This document shows, piece after piece, positions 12,186 through 24,776 of a stretch of 64,000 bases of DNA. Every line of letters begins with the position of its first letter. Position 1 is the stretch's first letter. Under the pieces are notes generated by a model. It ran no database searches. It was not told the DNA's origin and saw only the letters and a program-made list of their open reading frames with translations. Made by a program: the position numbers and the translations under genes. This DNA comes from Camelus ferus (taxonomy: Eukaryota): positions 75,394,001 to 75,458,000 of the forward strand of contig NC_045697.1 in NCBI RefSeq assembly GCF_009834535.1, given 5' to 3'.

Positions 12186-12947
12186 TACAAGAAATACTTT
12201 ATATACAGTAGGTTAGATAGTTCTTCCTGCTTTTATAACAAAAGTGGATCATAGATAGTTACAGAGATACAATCAAAAGGCCAAATGACCTCTGTCAAGT
12301 AAACAGAAGCTGGAAACCCCTCCCCCCAGCATGACTTCCTTCAGGTGATATTTAAAATAAGCGAATTCTTGAAGCTCAAGATCAAGGCACAGTTCCTGTC
12401 ATGCAACATGCAAATAACAAACATGTGCAGTAGGAGGAGCTGGAGGAAAGTGGTTTGGTTCATAAGGACTAATGCTTAATAACAGAACAATCAATAACTC
12501 TCCATATTGGAGAAGTGGAGAAGAGTTTCAGGTTGAGTAGGAACAAAAGAAACTTATTAAAGTGCCTCAAATACCACCACCCTGTCCTCTACAGTTACCC
12601 TACATTTACATCTAGACTGACGCCAATTATAACACTTTTTAAAAGGAGAAAGTAGGAAAACCTAGAGCCTACTGAGGAATCTCCCAAAGCAGGAATTTGT
12701 TAAAAATTTTAAAACAGTCGATTTGTATCCAGTAATGAGAAGTAATCCTAAACAATATTATTGAATATAAGTCCCAGCCAAGTTCAAATTATATCTAATA
12801 AGGCTTGCACATAATAAAAAATTTATAATGGACCCAGCATCCATTTAATCTCAATCAATGGCACAAAGAAACCTCAGACACTCTTCTAACTCTGGACTTT
12901 TGAGTCCAAAGGCCGTTGCATTGACTTCACTATCTCTGTGAATGGTC

Positions 12948-12968
12948 AGCACTGACCTCTAGTGGCAA
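12948..12968 (-). promoter_or_regulatory. CTCF-like motif
   Basis: Minus strand ttgCCACTAGAGGTCAGTGc versus consensus CCASYAGRKGGCRS: one core mismatch. Confidence 0.4.
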
Positions 12969-15139
12969 GTGTGGTTAATCACAGTTCTGTCCTTCTTCAG
13001 TGACCCCCAAAGATAGCACTCATGCCAAGGGAGGGCTTCCTTAAGGAAAACAGTTCTTGATGCTGTCAGCCCAAAGTGTCGAGTGAGATCATATTTACAT
13101 CTTTTTTCTTTACCATGACCACTTCTCCCAGCTCACAATGGAAATCTGAAAGAAGTGGTTTGTTCAGCTTGATGGAAAAACTCTAAGGAGCAGGGGATAA
13201 TGACCCTCACCTCTCTAAGATTTAGAATCTGGATATATAACCTCAGGAGCTCACACACACACAAAATAAACAATGGACATTCAACGATCTAACGTATGCA
13301 TCTGCTTATTCTATTTACAATGTTCCATGGGGAATTTGTAAAGACATTGGTCAGTCAATTCAAAACAGAGCTAGGAACTCCTCTGTGCACAGAAAAACAA
13401 TTAGACTTTATGTGAAGGCACAAAATAAACCAAAGACAATCTTTACTCTCGAGTACATTGGAAATTAATAGGGACAAGAGGATTCATAAGTTTTATTTAT
13501 TTTTATAGCTTTAATAGAGCAATCAAACATGCAAGCAATTTATAAGTAAAAAATATGGGGAAGGAGAGAGAAAGCAGAACAATGAGATACAGGAAAAGAT
13601 GCATGGGGTACCTATAAATTTTAGGGTTTTCATTTTCTAAAAGGGTATGTAGTAGAAGTGATCTAAAAGAAAAATTATCATTCCAATCTTATCATTTTAA
13701 AGATAGGGTCCAGAAATGTGAGCTGACTTTCCTAAAGTCCTAAATCAGTAAATGGAAAACTACTATTTAAAATCCCACTTTAGCAGTTATTCCATCACAT
13801 GATATGTCCTACCTTTCAAGAACCAAGCTTCTGTTCAGTTTGAACTTTGAGAGACATCTTGAATGTAAAACAGACTTGGAGATAAGCTCATTGAGTGAAA
13901 TAGTATACACTCACCGTTGCCTAACTCCAACGGTGAAGGATGAAAGTGATACAGGGTACTGTATGCTTGCTTTTACATCATCATTTATGTAAAGTTTAAC
14001 TTCATGTATTTAGATTTCCTTATACATCACAAATGATTCCAAAGATACCTAATTTAAGGTACAATATTCTTTCCTTTCTTTCTTGAATACAAGTTTCAGC
14101 CAAATTCAAATTCTTTCTAATAGAGCTTCCGTGTCTCTTTTTTTTCTTTTCCTTTCACCCTAGGCAGCAAAGCCAGATGAGCTATTTCATTCTATGTTCC
14201 TAGAATATCTAAAAGTCAGAAAAAGGAGAGTTAGAAATCTGTGGAAAATCCCTTTCCTTCAAGATTTCCACCTAGGGGCTTCAGATTGTTTGGATAAGTT
14301 TCAAATAAACATCCCTCTTCTTAGTGTAGTTGATGCATATTTTTTAGCCTCCAGAGGGGAAGGCTGATCTGCTAAAATTGTCATTTTTCAGCTAAATTAT
14401 AATTTGCTAATCCCTTAAGGCCATCTGACAGGCTTCATGGCTATTCTGACAGACTTCAATATAAATACAGAATGTTTTAAATAAAATTGAGAAAAGCTTA
14501 TTTGGGGAAAATAAAATGGCACAGAATGAGGGTATGACTCATCTAATACTCCTATTCTACTTAATTAAGTAGGAACAAATTGCATTATACTATCTGTTGT
14601 TAAACATAAATTTAGGGATTGGGCTTTTATGTTCAGCTGATAATTATGAGTAATCAACAGGTACCATATAGACGTAAAGGAATTGTTATTTTTTAAGAGC
14701 CAGAAAACTGTAAATGCAAGTCTATATAAGCAATATATTATCTTATAAATACATAATACAAAACTCTACTGAACATAAGATACTCATTTTTGATGACTGA
14801 TTAAGATTTTTCAGTGTCTCAGTATTATTATATAAATATCAATTATCATTGGAAATAGACTCAAATTTTGGTTAAAATAAAGGTTTTATTAACAGAATAT
14901 TGGACAAATAACTATCAGACTTGATAAGTTTAGACCATTAGCTCCCACTGAGACTTCCATTTCTAAGTCAAGACTTTCACTTACAAGCCCATTACTCAAA
15001 GCAGAGCAGGGTGAAGCAGCACGTCAAACGTGGCTTTGCAAGACAGCCTGAAACTATTCGGCAGCTTTTTCCCAGCAACTTTGTGAATGAAATTTCATAG
15101 TTTTGGTTATGAACATTTCCTACTTTTGGCAGGTCTTTC

Positions 15140-15560
15140 ACTCTAGAAATCTATCCAAAGGATATTATAAGGCAAGAAAACAGAAATATGTATAAGGATC
15201 ATCATTTCAGTATTGTTTAAAATGTAAAAAAAAAGAAAAAAAAAAACGGCTGAAGCTAAATGTTCAACATAGGGGAATAGGTAAATACATTTCTTGGTGT
15301 TTAGCCATATGATGGACTATTCTGGGGCCATTATGAATTATGTTTCATGAAGTTTAAATAACACGAGAAAGGACTAATAATAAAACACTAGATAAAAAGG
15401 AAAAAGTATGTACAAATCTGAAGTTACTTTTATTCAAATATGCATAGAAAAAAATCCTAGAAAAAATACATCAAAATATTAACCATCATTTTCATGGCAA
15501 TGGATTATTGATGATTTTATCTTTCATCTTCAGAAGGCTGTTTCTTTAAGATATTCAGGA
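15140..15560 (+). mobile_element. Old L1 (L1ME-like) 3' fragment
   Basis: ctctagaaatctatccaaagga...aaggatcatcatttcagtattgttt...ctaaatgttcaacataggggaataggtaaat. Confidence 0.7.
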
Positions 15561-15914
15561 CAGAAAAGTAATAAATGTTATTACATTTTATTTATGGCTA
15601 AATCACTACACTCCTTATTTCATCCATTAAAGTTGCATACATGTTTCATTCCTTTTTTTTCCCCCTCATCTCTCAGCATGCATTCCATGCCAGACTGCAA
15701 GGGCACACAATAAAAAGAAAGCTTTAGTGTACATCATTCTTTATAGACTTTACATTCCTTTCATTTTTTTTTTAATTTGAACCTAATAATTTCAAGAGGA
15801 AGCAGGGTATAGGTGCTTACAGACTTGGATTTTTCTGTTATTAATACAGACCTTTTAGTATTTTGGTGTTCATAGCAAATGTTATTAAAATAAATGTTAT
15901 TATTAGAGTATCTA

Positions 15915-16370
15915 GCAGTAGGAGAGTCCTGAGTTTAAATCTCAGTTACTTCCCTTGACAAGTTAAATCCCAATTCAATGTCACCTTTCCAGAGAGGTGA
16001 GCCCCCCACTTACATGCAAAAATCCCCAGCCAGTCTATCACGTTACCTTGTGTTGTCCTCATAAACTTAACAGTATCTGAAATTATTTATTTATAAATTT
16101 GTTACTTGTTTAATGTTAATATCTCCTGCCACTATCACTCCCAAGAATGCAACTCTATGGAGGCACGGATCCTGTTCCCTCACTACCCCCACTGTTTCTC
16201 TCAAAACCTCAAACAGTGTCTGGCCTAGAGGAGGCATTTAATAAGCATGTGCTGAATAAACAAAGGAGAGAGCAATAACCTCTCTGACTTTTTCCTCTCC
16301 TGTAAAATGGAGATAATCTTACCTACCTTACAGGTTGATCACAATGACTAAATCAGATAACACATGAGAA
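15915..16370 (+). mobile_element. MIR split by an L2 insertion (MIR parts ~15915-15965 and ~16275-16370)
   Basis: cctgagtttaaatc...ccttgacaagttaa resumes as aacctctctg...tcctgtaaaatggagataat after the L2. Confidence 0.65.
15966..16262 (+). mobile_element. L2 3' end nested in MIR
   Basis: aatgtcacctttccagagagg...gaatgcaactctatggaggcacgg...aacagtgtctggcctagaggaggcatttaataagcatgtgctgaataaa. Confidence 0.8.
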
Positions 16371-18889
16371 GAATCATATCTTAAATGTTGTCACTTTTCA
16401 AAATTCTCTGTTGCCTTATGATTTCATGTCAGGGTCCTGCACAGTTTTTGCTGTATCATGATGTTACCAGCATTATATTCCAAGAACATCCCAGGAATTT
16501 TTTCAAAAAGGTAAGCTCACATTATACGCACTCATTAGGATGGCTATTAAATAACCCTAATTAAGAGCATTAGGGGCCATGTCCACAAGCAGTAACACCA
16601 GTGTTGGCTCTAACTGCATAGACCATGTAGCCCCTGAAGAGAAGCAAAAAGAAGATAAGCCCCTCTAGATGGCTGAGGCCATGCCTGATAATACTCTGTA
16701 AGTGCTGAGAGGAATAAATCACAAGGTGTCAAACGATCCATTGTTTCTTGAGGACTTCCTTGTCCTAAAGGTCACGCTAGGTGACATACTAATAAATGGA
16801 ACAACTGTCCAGCCTGGCAGATGTACAGGTTATTTCCCTTATTGCTTCAAAACGATACTTGGACCCAAAGAAAATTAAGACCATATTTTGACTTTGCTGA
16901 TTTGTAGGTCAAAGAAGATTTATAATTTTATGACTCAAAGTGTCGTCACATCTTAGAGCCCCAGAGAAGCTAAAGGAATTGCCCAAAGACACATAGCTAC
17001 TGAGTGGCTAAGTCACAGATACCATTTAATTCAGATAAACTCAACTGCTACTAATGAACGCAAGCTAGGAACACATGCACAGTGTTACACATCTTTGAAA
17101 CATAGTCCTTTGAGCCTCTGCTTGGTTGGTTGTCTGGTTGGTTGAATTAAGTTTCCAGCTGTCTCTGACTCAGGCCAGCTTGAAAGCAGAGATAACAATG
17201 ATAATTGTACTTTTTTTTTTTAAACCCAGTGCCTCCTGGAGCCTTATGCTATCAACTAACTTTAATGAAGCACCCACATTTTCTTTTTTTTTTTTTTTTG
17301 CACAAAATAACATAAGTATTCCTTGCTCTCCTGGCTTCACAAAGAAGAGAACTCTATCTCACTAAAATACCTTTATAGCAAACCCATGCTGTAATGGCAC
17401 AAATCTCTTTTCTTCAGCCTGAGTTTCAAGCTGGCTGTGTATAGTTTGACTTGACTCTCTGACTTGCTGCTAACTTATATTTAAACTCTTTCTCTGTTAG
17501 ACTATTTTAATTCCAAATGAATTTTTTTAAAAACTTATACATTTGTGGTATGTATGACAACATGGTTACAGACAAAATAGAAAAGCATATGAAAAGGTTT
17601 GTTACACATCTGGAGAAGATAACTTCTTTTCAATACAGGAAGAGGCATTTTACATTATATGCTAACTTCCCATTTTGACAAACATCATGTGCTACTATGT
17701 AAAACAATGAAATGAAAGTGAAAAATTCAGGATTCTTTACATTTTGATTTCTGGTTGTATGCGCATAAAACTATAAGTGACAGTTTTTTTGTGGGAAACT
17801 CATGATTATATGGAATACAAACATCCAGAAATCCCCAAAATATGTGGCTTCTAGTATTATACAATCAAGTTTGATGACTATAACAAAAAATCAAGCTCAA
17901 CTATTATTTTAGCATTAGCATTTCTACTAAATTCTTATCACTTTTATTAAACTAGGATATATAAATTAAATATTAATCCTTTGATAGAATATTTAACTAA
18001 GCCATAATATTTCATTCTCTAATCACCTGGATATATGAGATTACTGAAACACAAAAGCAAAACAAGTTAATCAAATATTCATTCTTTAATTTCTAACAAA
18101 AAGGGAAGCTTTTATGTTAATTCAAATTAACAACTATTTTTTTTACTCTCAACTGTGTGCTCAATATTGTTCTAGGGAAAAATGTTGGTTACTGAAAACC
18201 ATTCTCTGAACACCCCAGTGCAGGAGTAATTCTGAGCTATTTGGCACTGATTGGAAATTTAGGGTCATTTTTCATACCAGCCACTATCTCCTCAGACAAA
18301 AAGTCTTGGAATTTGTATCTGAATCAACTCAAAATAGAGCTTGTATAGGAGCTTCATTGCATTACAAATTCAGTACATTCTGACTCAATTTGTGCTGTGA
18401 AACAATTTTTTTCAACTATAACTTGATAAAATACAGCATCTTACTGGTAGATCCCACTCCTAACCTGTTTTAGAGGACACTTGAGTAGCTGAGGTGGTCT
18501 GTGGCTTTCAGGGAAGACCCTCAGACCACCTCACTTGGAACTAATTTCAAAGAAGTTTCCTCTGCTCACAGGTCACTCCATACTGTTTTCTCATGTTGGA
18601 AGATAGTCTACTATCAACCAGTCAGGAAATGGGATCTTAAAGCTGCACTTACTATCACACATATTTGGAATCCTGTGCTAAACTTAGCATCTTTGCCTGC
18701 ATATGTTTCTGTTCACTTCCTCCAGGAAGTTTCATCACATTCCTTTGTAGACAGGGACTATATCTTATTTACCTGTGTGTCCCATTAAAGCTTAAAACAT
18801 GGATTTGCATATAGAAGGAGTTCAATAAATGCTTAGTGAATATAAAAAAATAAATTATTAAATAAAATGAAAATAGATTAATACTGGGA

Positions 18890-19380
18890 AATATTCTTTC
18901 TATATCATATTACTCCATAATTTAATGGCTTAAAAGAACCATTTCTTTAGCTCATGATTCTGCTGGTTACGGTTTATGCTGGACTCAGCTGAGTCGTCTT
19001 GGCTCGCGCTGGCATCTGAAGCCAACTGGCAGGTCCACTGAGGACTGTGTGGTCTATGGAGACCTCAGCTGGGATGATTCATTTCAGTTCCACTTGGTCT
19101 CTCATCCTCCAACAGGATAGACAGAGTTTGTTCTCATGCAGGGTCAGGATTCCAAGAGACAGGGCAAAATTGTGCAAGGTCAACGGAGGTCTATGCTTAG
19201 AACTTTGGTAGTCATTTCCACAGCTTTCTACTGGTTACAGAAAGTCATGAGGCCAGCCCAGATTCAAGGGATGGGGAAATACACTCTACATCTTAATGGC
19301 AGGGCTGAAAAGTTTCACTGCAAAAGGTATGCATACAGGGAGGGGTGAAGATTTAAGTATATTTTTGCAATCAATTTATT
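18890..19380 (-). mobile_element. MaLR LTR (MLT1G/H-like)
   Basis: aatttaatggcttaaaagaaccattt...gctcatgattctg...gctggactcagctg...aaagtcatgaggccagcccagattcaagggatggggaaa. Confidence 0.8.
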
Positions 19381-19547
19381 GCAGGTATTGTTTGTTCGCT
19401 TGCAAACATCTACCACGGAAGTTGTATAGAAGTCCCAGAGTAAATCACTGCCTTTCTAGAATTTCTAAAAGAAGCATAATTTTCCCATTGTCTGTCTGTC
19501 ATTAGGCAAGTTTTTTCTCCTATCTTAAGATAGTACCATTATATCTT

Positions 19548-19800
19548 TTCTATTTGCTTTTTTTTTAAATTGAGGTACAGTCTGTTTAGAATGTTGTGTC
19601 AATTTCTAGCATATAGCACAATGCTTCAGTCATACATGAATATACATATATTTATTTTCATATTCTTTTTCACTGTAAACTTCTACAAGACATTGAAAAT
19701 ATTCAGTACAGCGCTATACTGTATAAACTTATTTATCTATTTCATATATACCAGTCAGTATCTGCAAATCTCGAACTCCCAGTTTATCCCTGCCCACCCC
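19548..19800 (-). mobile_element. Young 5'-truncated L1 3' UTR (cetartiodactyl/camelid type) with TSD
   Basis: 12-bp TSD ccattatatctt at 19536-19547 and 19801-19812; T-rich tail; tatctgcaaatctcgaactcccagtttatccct signature. Confidence 0.9.
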
Positions 19801-19819
19801 CCATTATATCTTAAGTTCA

Positions 19820-19990
19820 TTAATGCATTTGTGTTTTCAACAAATATTTATTAAGCAAAAGCCACGTGCAAGGTACCATGTTAAGTGGTAGGGACATTAG
19901 CAAGATGCTTCCTTTCAGAATCCAGTGGAGGAAGACACATAGAGAAGTAATTACAACAAGTTGTGTTTTCTTAGACGGTGCTCTCAGAGT
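19820..19990 (-). mobile_element. L2 3' fragment
   Basis: tcaacaaatatttattaagc...gtgcaaggtaccatgttaag. Confidence 0.65.
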
Positions 19991-21019
19991 ATACAAAGAG
20001 AGACAGAGAAAATTAACCCTGAGATACAGATGGCTTCTGAAAGGAAGCAACAGTAAACAATCTTCACCAGCAGGTCAGCGTTCACCTGGAAGACTGACAC
20101 AACTGACAGCTCACTCGTGGCATCAGCAGAGGCTGGGGCTGAAAATAGCATGGTTGCTCTGGGGCCAGGAAGTGGCTCAGATTGCAGGCAAAACACGTGG
20201 TCAGTGTACCAGAGTGGAAGAAGATAAATTATAGTGAAGAACCAGATGATAAAGGACTTTAAACATCAAAATATCCTCCTAAAACTTTCAATTTTTATCC
20301 TCTAGTTAACGAAGAAAAGCCACTGAGTGACTTAAAGCAAGGAAGCTATATGGTCAAGTTTGCGTGTTACAAAAGGAATTTCAACAGTGGTGACAGCTAA
20401 GAATTAAAAGACAAGAATAAAAGGTAAATTTATGAGACTGGGTTCTGGAGGGCATAGAGCTCAGGTGAATATGAAACTCTATTCATAAAAAAGTGTTTAG
20501 CTCTAATTAACAATGGGCAAAAGAGGGCAAAAGACTTTATAATTACACAAAGAAATAAAAAATGACCTTGAACAGTTGGCCTCCATTTCTACTGAGAATG
20601 TTGCACAAGGAAACCTCAGCTGTAACAGAATCTTAAATTAGTTGGAGCAAAGGTAGAAGCCAAAGCCCTTCTAGAGAAGTTTTTCTTCTAGAGGGTCAGC
20701 TCACTGACCAGAAGACAGATGATAAGCCAGCTGGCTAGACTTTGTCTCTGCCTAGTAACCCTCAATTCTGTGCAAGGTGTCATGATTACTTTTGGAGATT
20801 CCTGTGTTCAGGGACTGTTCTTTACACTGTGCTAGGAAGGAGCAAATCTCATTATGATTACAAGCTCGTCCAGTCACCTAGTCCTCCACTTGGGGTTGGA
20901 TATTTTACTGGGACACTGGAGGGGAGATGAAAACCACAGCCAGGTTGTAAAAGGGAGATAGAGAGAAAACAAGTATCTGCATGGTCTGTGCCTGCCTGTT
21001 CTTCAAGGTTCATCTGAAC

Positions 21020-21410
21020 CATGTTTGCACATTTCCTGAATATTCCACTCTGCTCCTGCACAAGCCCCATTGCCCGTCTGCTCTCTATGCCTGAAAAGCT
21101 CTCCTCCCCACCCCTTCACTGAGTTAACCTCCGTTCTGCCTTCAGAGGATGTAACTCAGATAGAATTCTCTCCTGACCCCAAATTTTATAAAATGTGTTC
21201 TTATATACTTTCTTAGGAGTACACTCTCTCCATTCAGAGCACTGAGCTCTGTTTGTACAACTGTGTGACTATCTGACAGACTAAAAGCATCAGGAGGGCA
21301 GGGGACTCTGGTTTTGCTCTCCATTGTATTCCCATTGCCGCACAAGTGCTTACCTCCTAGCAGGTGCTCACCATGTCTGGGTTGATTTGTGAGTGAATGC
21401 ATGAATTGAG
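21020..21410 (+). mobile_element. L2 3' end
   Basis: gactaaaagcatcaggagggcaggggac...cctagcaggtgctca...tttgtgagtgaatgcatgaat tail. Confidence 0.75.
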
Positions 21411-24400
21411 TAATTAATTGTGGGGTTTTTTTTAAAGAAAGAAAGTTATTTTAATATTTCTAACTAATGCACATTAACTATTTCTAAGCTAGGGAATCAG
21501 GTGTTCTCTGTTTCCAGTGGGCAAATACCGTTTTAAAAGAGTCTTCTTCCATGTTTCTTCCCAATCTGCTTCCAGAAAGGGGCCAACAGGTCACCCAGGA
21601 GGAGACGACATAGCTCTGTCTCAATGATCACCTAGACTCAGGCTCCAACTTCTCCCTGAATCAGTGCCAGCTGTGGTGGTGGCTTTTGAGATGCACACAG
21701 CTTTCCTATGAGGTCATTACTGATGGAAACTATCAACACCTCTGCCTCTTGGGGAGGGTAAGAAGTCAGCTCCATTCAAATAAGCATTCTTCAGGCTCCT
21801 GCCTTGGAAACACTCTCCACCTCCTAATGCAGATGTTTTAGTTTGGGGAACAGGATAAAGGATGACACTGAGGGGTGAAAATCAGAACAGACCCAATACA
21901 GCTGTACTGGGAAGGGAATCATGGAAGAGTTTCCAGGTGTCTTAATACTATTCTTTTTATCATCTCCTCCACTTAGTTTAGTCAATCAATGAGATGCTGT
22001 TCCAAATAGGTGCCAGTCTAAACCAGGCAGTTATCAGGAAATGGTCACTCATTCTATCTCCAATAGATTGAAAATTTCTAGATTATAAAAAGTTTTTTTT
22101 AAGCCTGCTAATGCTCTGATTCCAGTTTGCAAGACTGGTTTCTTTTACAAACCAGTCTCTGTGTAGTTCTAGGTATTATCATTCTTGTGTGTCGACACAG
22201 ACTAATTGTAAGCAAATGGATATATAAACCAAGATTACCAGATAATACAAAATGCATAGGTGGTAAGGGGAAAATTCATTATGGAAAATATGAACAAAGA
22301 GCAAATTACTTTGGTTATTTGGCTATCTTGATTTCCTCAGTGGGAAATTGATAATGGTCTCAGATAGCCTGCCTACACGTGGGTTCCAATAAATGATTAT
22401 ATGGGAGATATCTGGCTTCATTCAACATTTGCTGAATTCCCACTATGTAGTAGGAACCACGCTCTGCCCAGAGATCTAAAATGGTATGTATGACATTCCC
22501 CGATCATAAGGAGTTCACAGTCCAACAGAGTTGTTTGTCACGTGGTGAGTGAGATGGTGGCTGCCTGGGTGAAAAAATGGCAAAGAAGATGATGTATTCC
22601 TTGAAATTATAGTTAACAAATTGTGTTTGGCAAAGAAATTCCAAGAATATTAACATAATTGGAGTGTTTATGAGAAGAAAAAGGGTCATATTGCTGCAAG
22701 CAATTTTCAAGAAGCTGAGAAATAAAAGCTGGCATTGAGGGGAATGTAGAATCTTAGAAACATTTGGAGGAACCCTTTGAAGTGTTAGTGAGTGGGGTTC
22801 TGGTTAATGTTTCCATAGCAAGGCTAAGGGCACAGGTTATGAAGGCAGCATCAGGGAAACTAACACCTCAGTCACCTTCACACCCAAGTGCTCAAAGAGC
22901 AGGCTGTAACCCAGGTAAGATCAGATGACACCAAAGGTGTTTCTCCAGGGCCAGAAAATGCAGGATTCAAATGGCTATTTATAGGTAGACAATTTAATTC
23001 TTTACCATTAATGTTTTCAAACAACACAACAGTATACAGATGTGACATTATTTCCTTCTATAAAGGGTAAAGAACACAGTGAGGGGGCAGGGAAAGAGCT
23101 TGTGAATGCACAGCGCTAACTCCTGCTCAAGAGAAAAATTGCACCACAGTGACAGGCCTGCTGTGCAAAAGCCCATTTAGCAAGAAAGCCCAGACCTTCA
23201 TTTCAAATTTTATCAGAAGCCACTGGTCCTAGAGCATCACTGGCGCCTACTGAATTTTCACCAGGGACTTAACAGAAAACATCTGTTCTCTTACTTAAAA
23301 GGAAATCAATTGATTAAATCAACATTTGCTTTCTTTTTTTCTATTAGAAGCATAGCTATTTCTCTCTTTTGTCTTTCCTGATTCATTTAATAACTTACTT
23401 CATTTGTTAGTTAAAATCTGAGGTAGAAGCATGTCTCTTTCTGTGCCTACACGGGGAAATTTCTTGCAGGTCAAGCTGAAATCATGTCGGAAATCCTTGG
23501 ATATAAACAATTTGGTAAAGTAATGTTTCATATGTAAATTAAAGCTTCTATAACCACAAAAAAATGACTTCAAGCAGCAAATACATGGGTGAATGTGAGT
23601 GAGTGTGTGTGTCTGTGTGCAAATACACAAAATCCTCACTGTCTTGAGAAAATCCTGACCATAATATTGAACTTTCATGTTGAAATTTGACCTTGGTATT
23701 TAAACTCATTTCATAGTTTTTACAGAGGAGATTCCATAACATGAGTAGATCAGGTCTGTTTTAACTCAAGGTTTTTAACTTGAAAATGGAATGTTTGTGA
23801 TGAAACTTCGGTGGTTGAAATCCACATTGCCTCCTCTGTTTTTCTGAGTCAATAGGACCACTCTTCTGTATCGGCACCCACTGAACAACGGCATCTGTAT
23901 GAAGCAGCACTTCAGAGAACGAGACTAAAAATAGCAGCCAACTGGACAGCGTGGACACAGCCTTCCCCAAGCATACCCTTGTCCGACATCTCTGACATGC
24001 CAAGTGCTGTTCTAAGCCCAGGGGACACAGGGATAGACGGCACAGTGTTTGCTATAACGGATTTCACGATCTAATAGGGCAGGGAAATCAACCTCCAGTC
24101 ACAATAGGCCGAGATGAAGGCTGTGCTGAGGGATCTATAAAGTGACAGGATAAAACAGAGGCAGGAGGGAATAACTCTGCCTTCAGAGAAGTGAAGGGGG
24201 ACTCAGGGAAGATTTCACAGACTTGAGCAAGAGCTCAGGAAGGATCAGCCCACTGCTCACGTATTTCTCCAGCATATTTCTATAAACTTGGCAAGTCATT
24301 TCACTGCTCTGTTCTTCAGATTCTTTATCAACCAGCCAAGAGAATTCATGGTAAGTCTTGTGTCTAAAAGACACATAGGGCAAAGTCTACCTCCCAAGCC

Positions 24401-24727
24401 TGGTGGTATATGTGGAAGAAGGTGACAGAGATGTGAATTTGGGGTTCAGGCTAGGATGAAAGGGGTGACAACAAGCAGGAATGAAAACAAAGACAGGAGG
24501 ATGGCATCCCTAGGAGGGAAACAGAAGAGAAACAGTCCCACGTGCCATGTTACCTCTTCTTCCTTTTACCATCTTGGGTTTGTAGGTAGCGTCAAAACCA
24601 ATGAACAGGAAAATGAAATAATATGAAGAGTTATAAACCCCGTCTTGATCTTCATCAGTCAATAGGGCATATAATAAACACAATGTGTTAAAAGGAAGGA
24701 GACAATCATAAGGCTCAGAAAATTGCA

Positions 24728-24776
24728 TATTACATAATAACATATTACATATATTACATATTACATTAATATTACA
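24728..24776 (+). repeat. Degenerate (ATATTAC/ATTAC)n tandem repeat
   Basis: atattacataataacatattacatatattacatattacattaatattacac. Confidence 0.75.

Noticed and set aside
16433..16510. 78-nt plus-strand exon-like segment (cag|GGTCC...AAAAG|gtaagc)
   Set aside because: Isolated, mediocre acceptor, unrecognised peptide, and opposite strand to the better candidates
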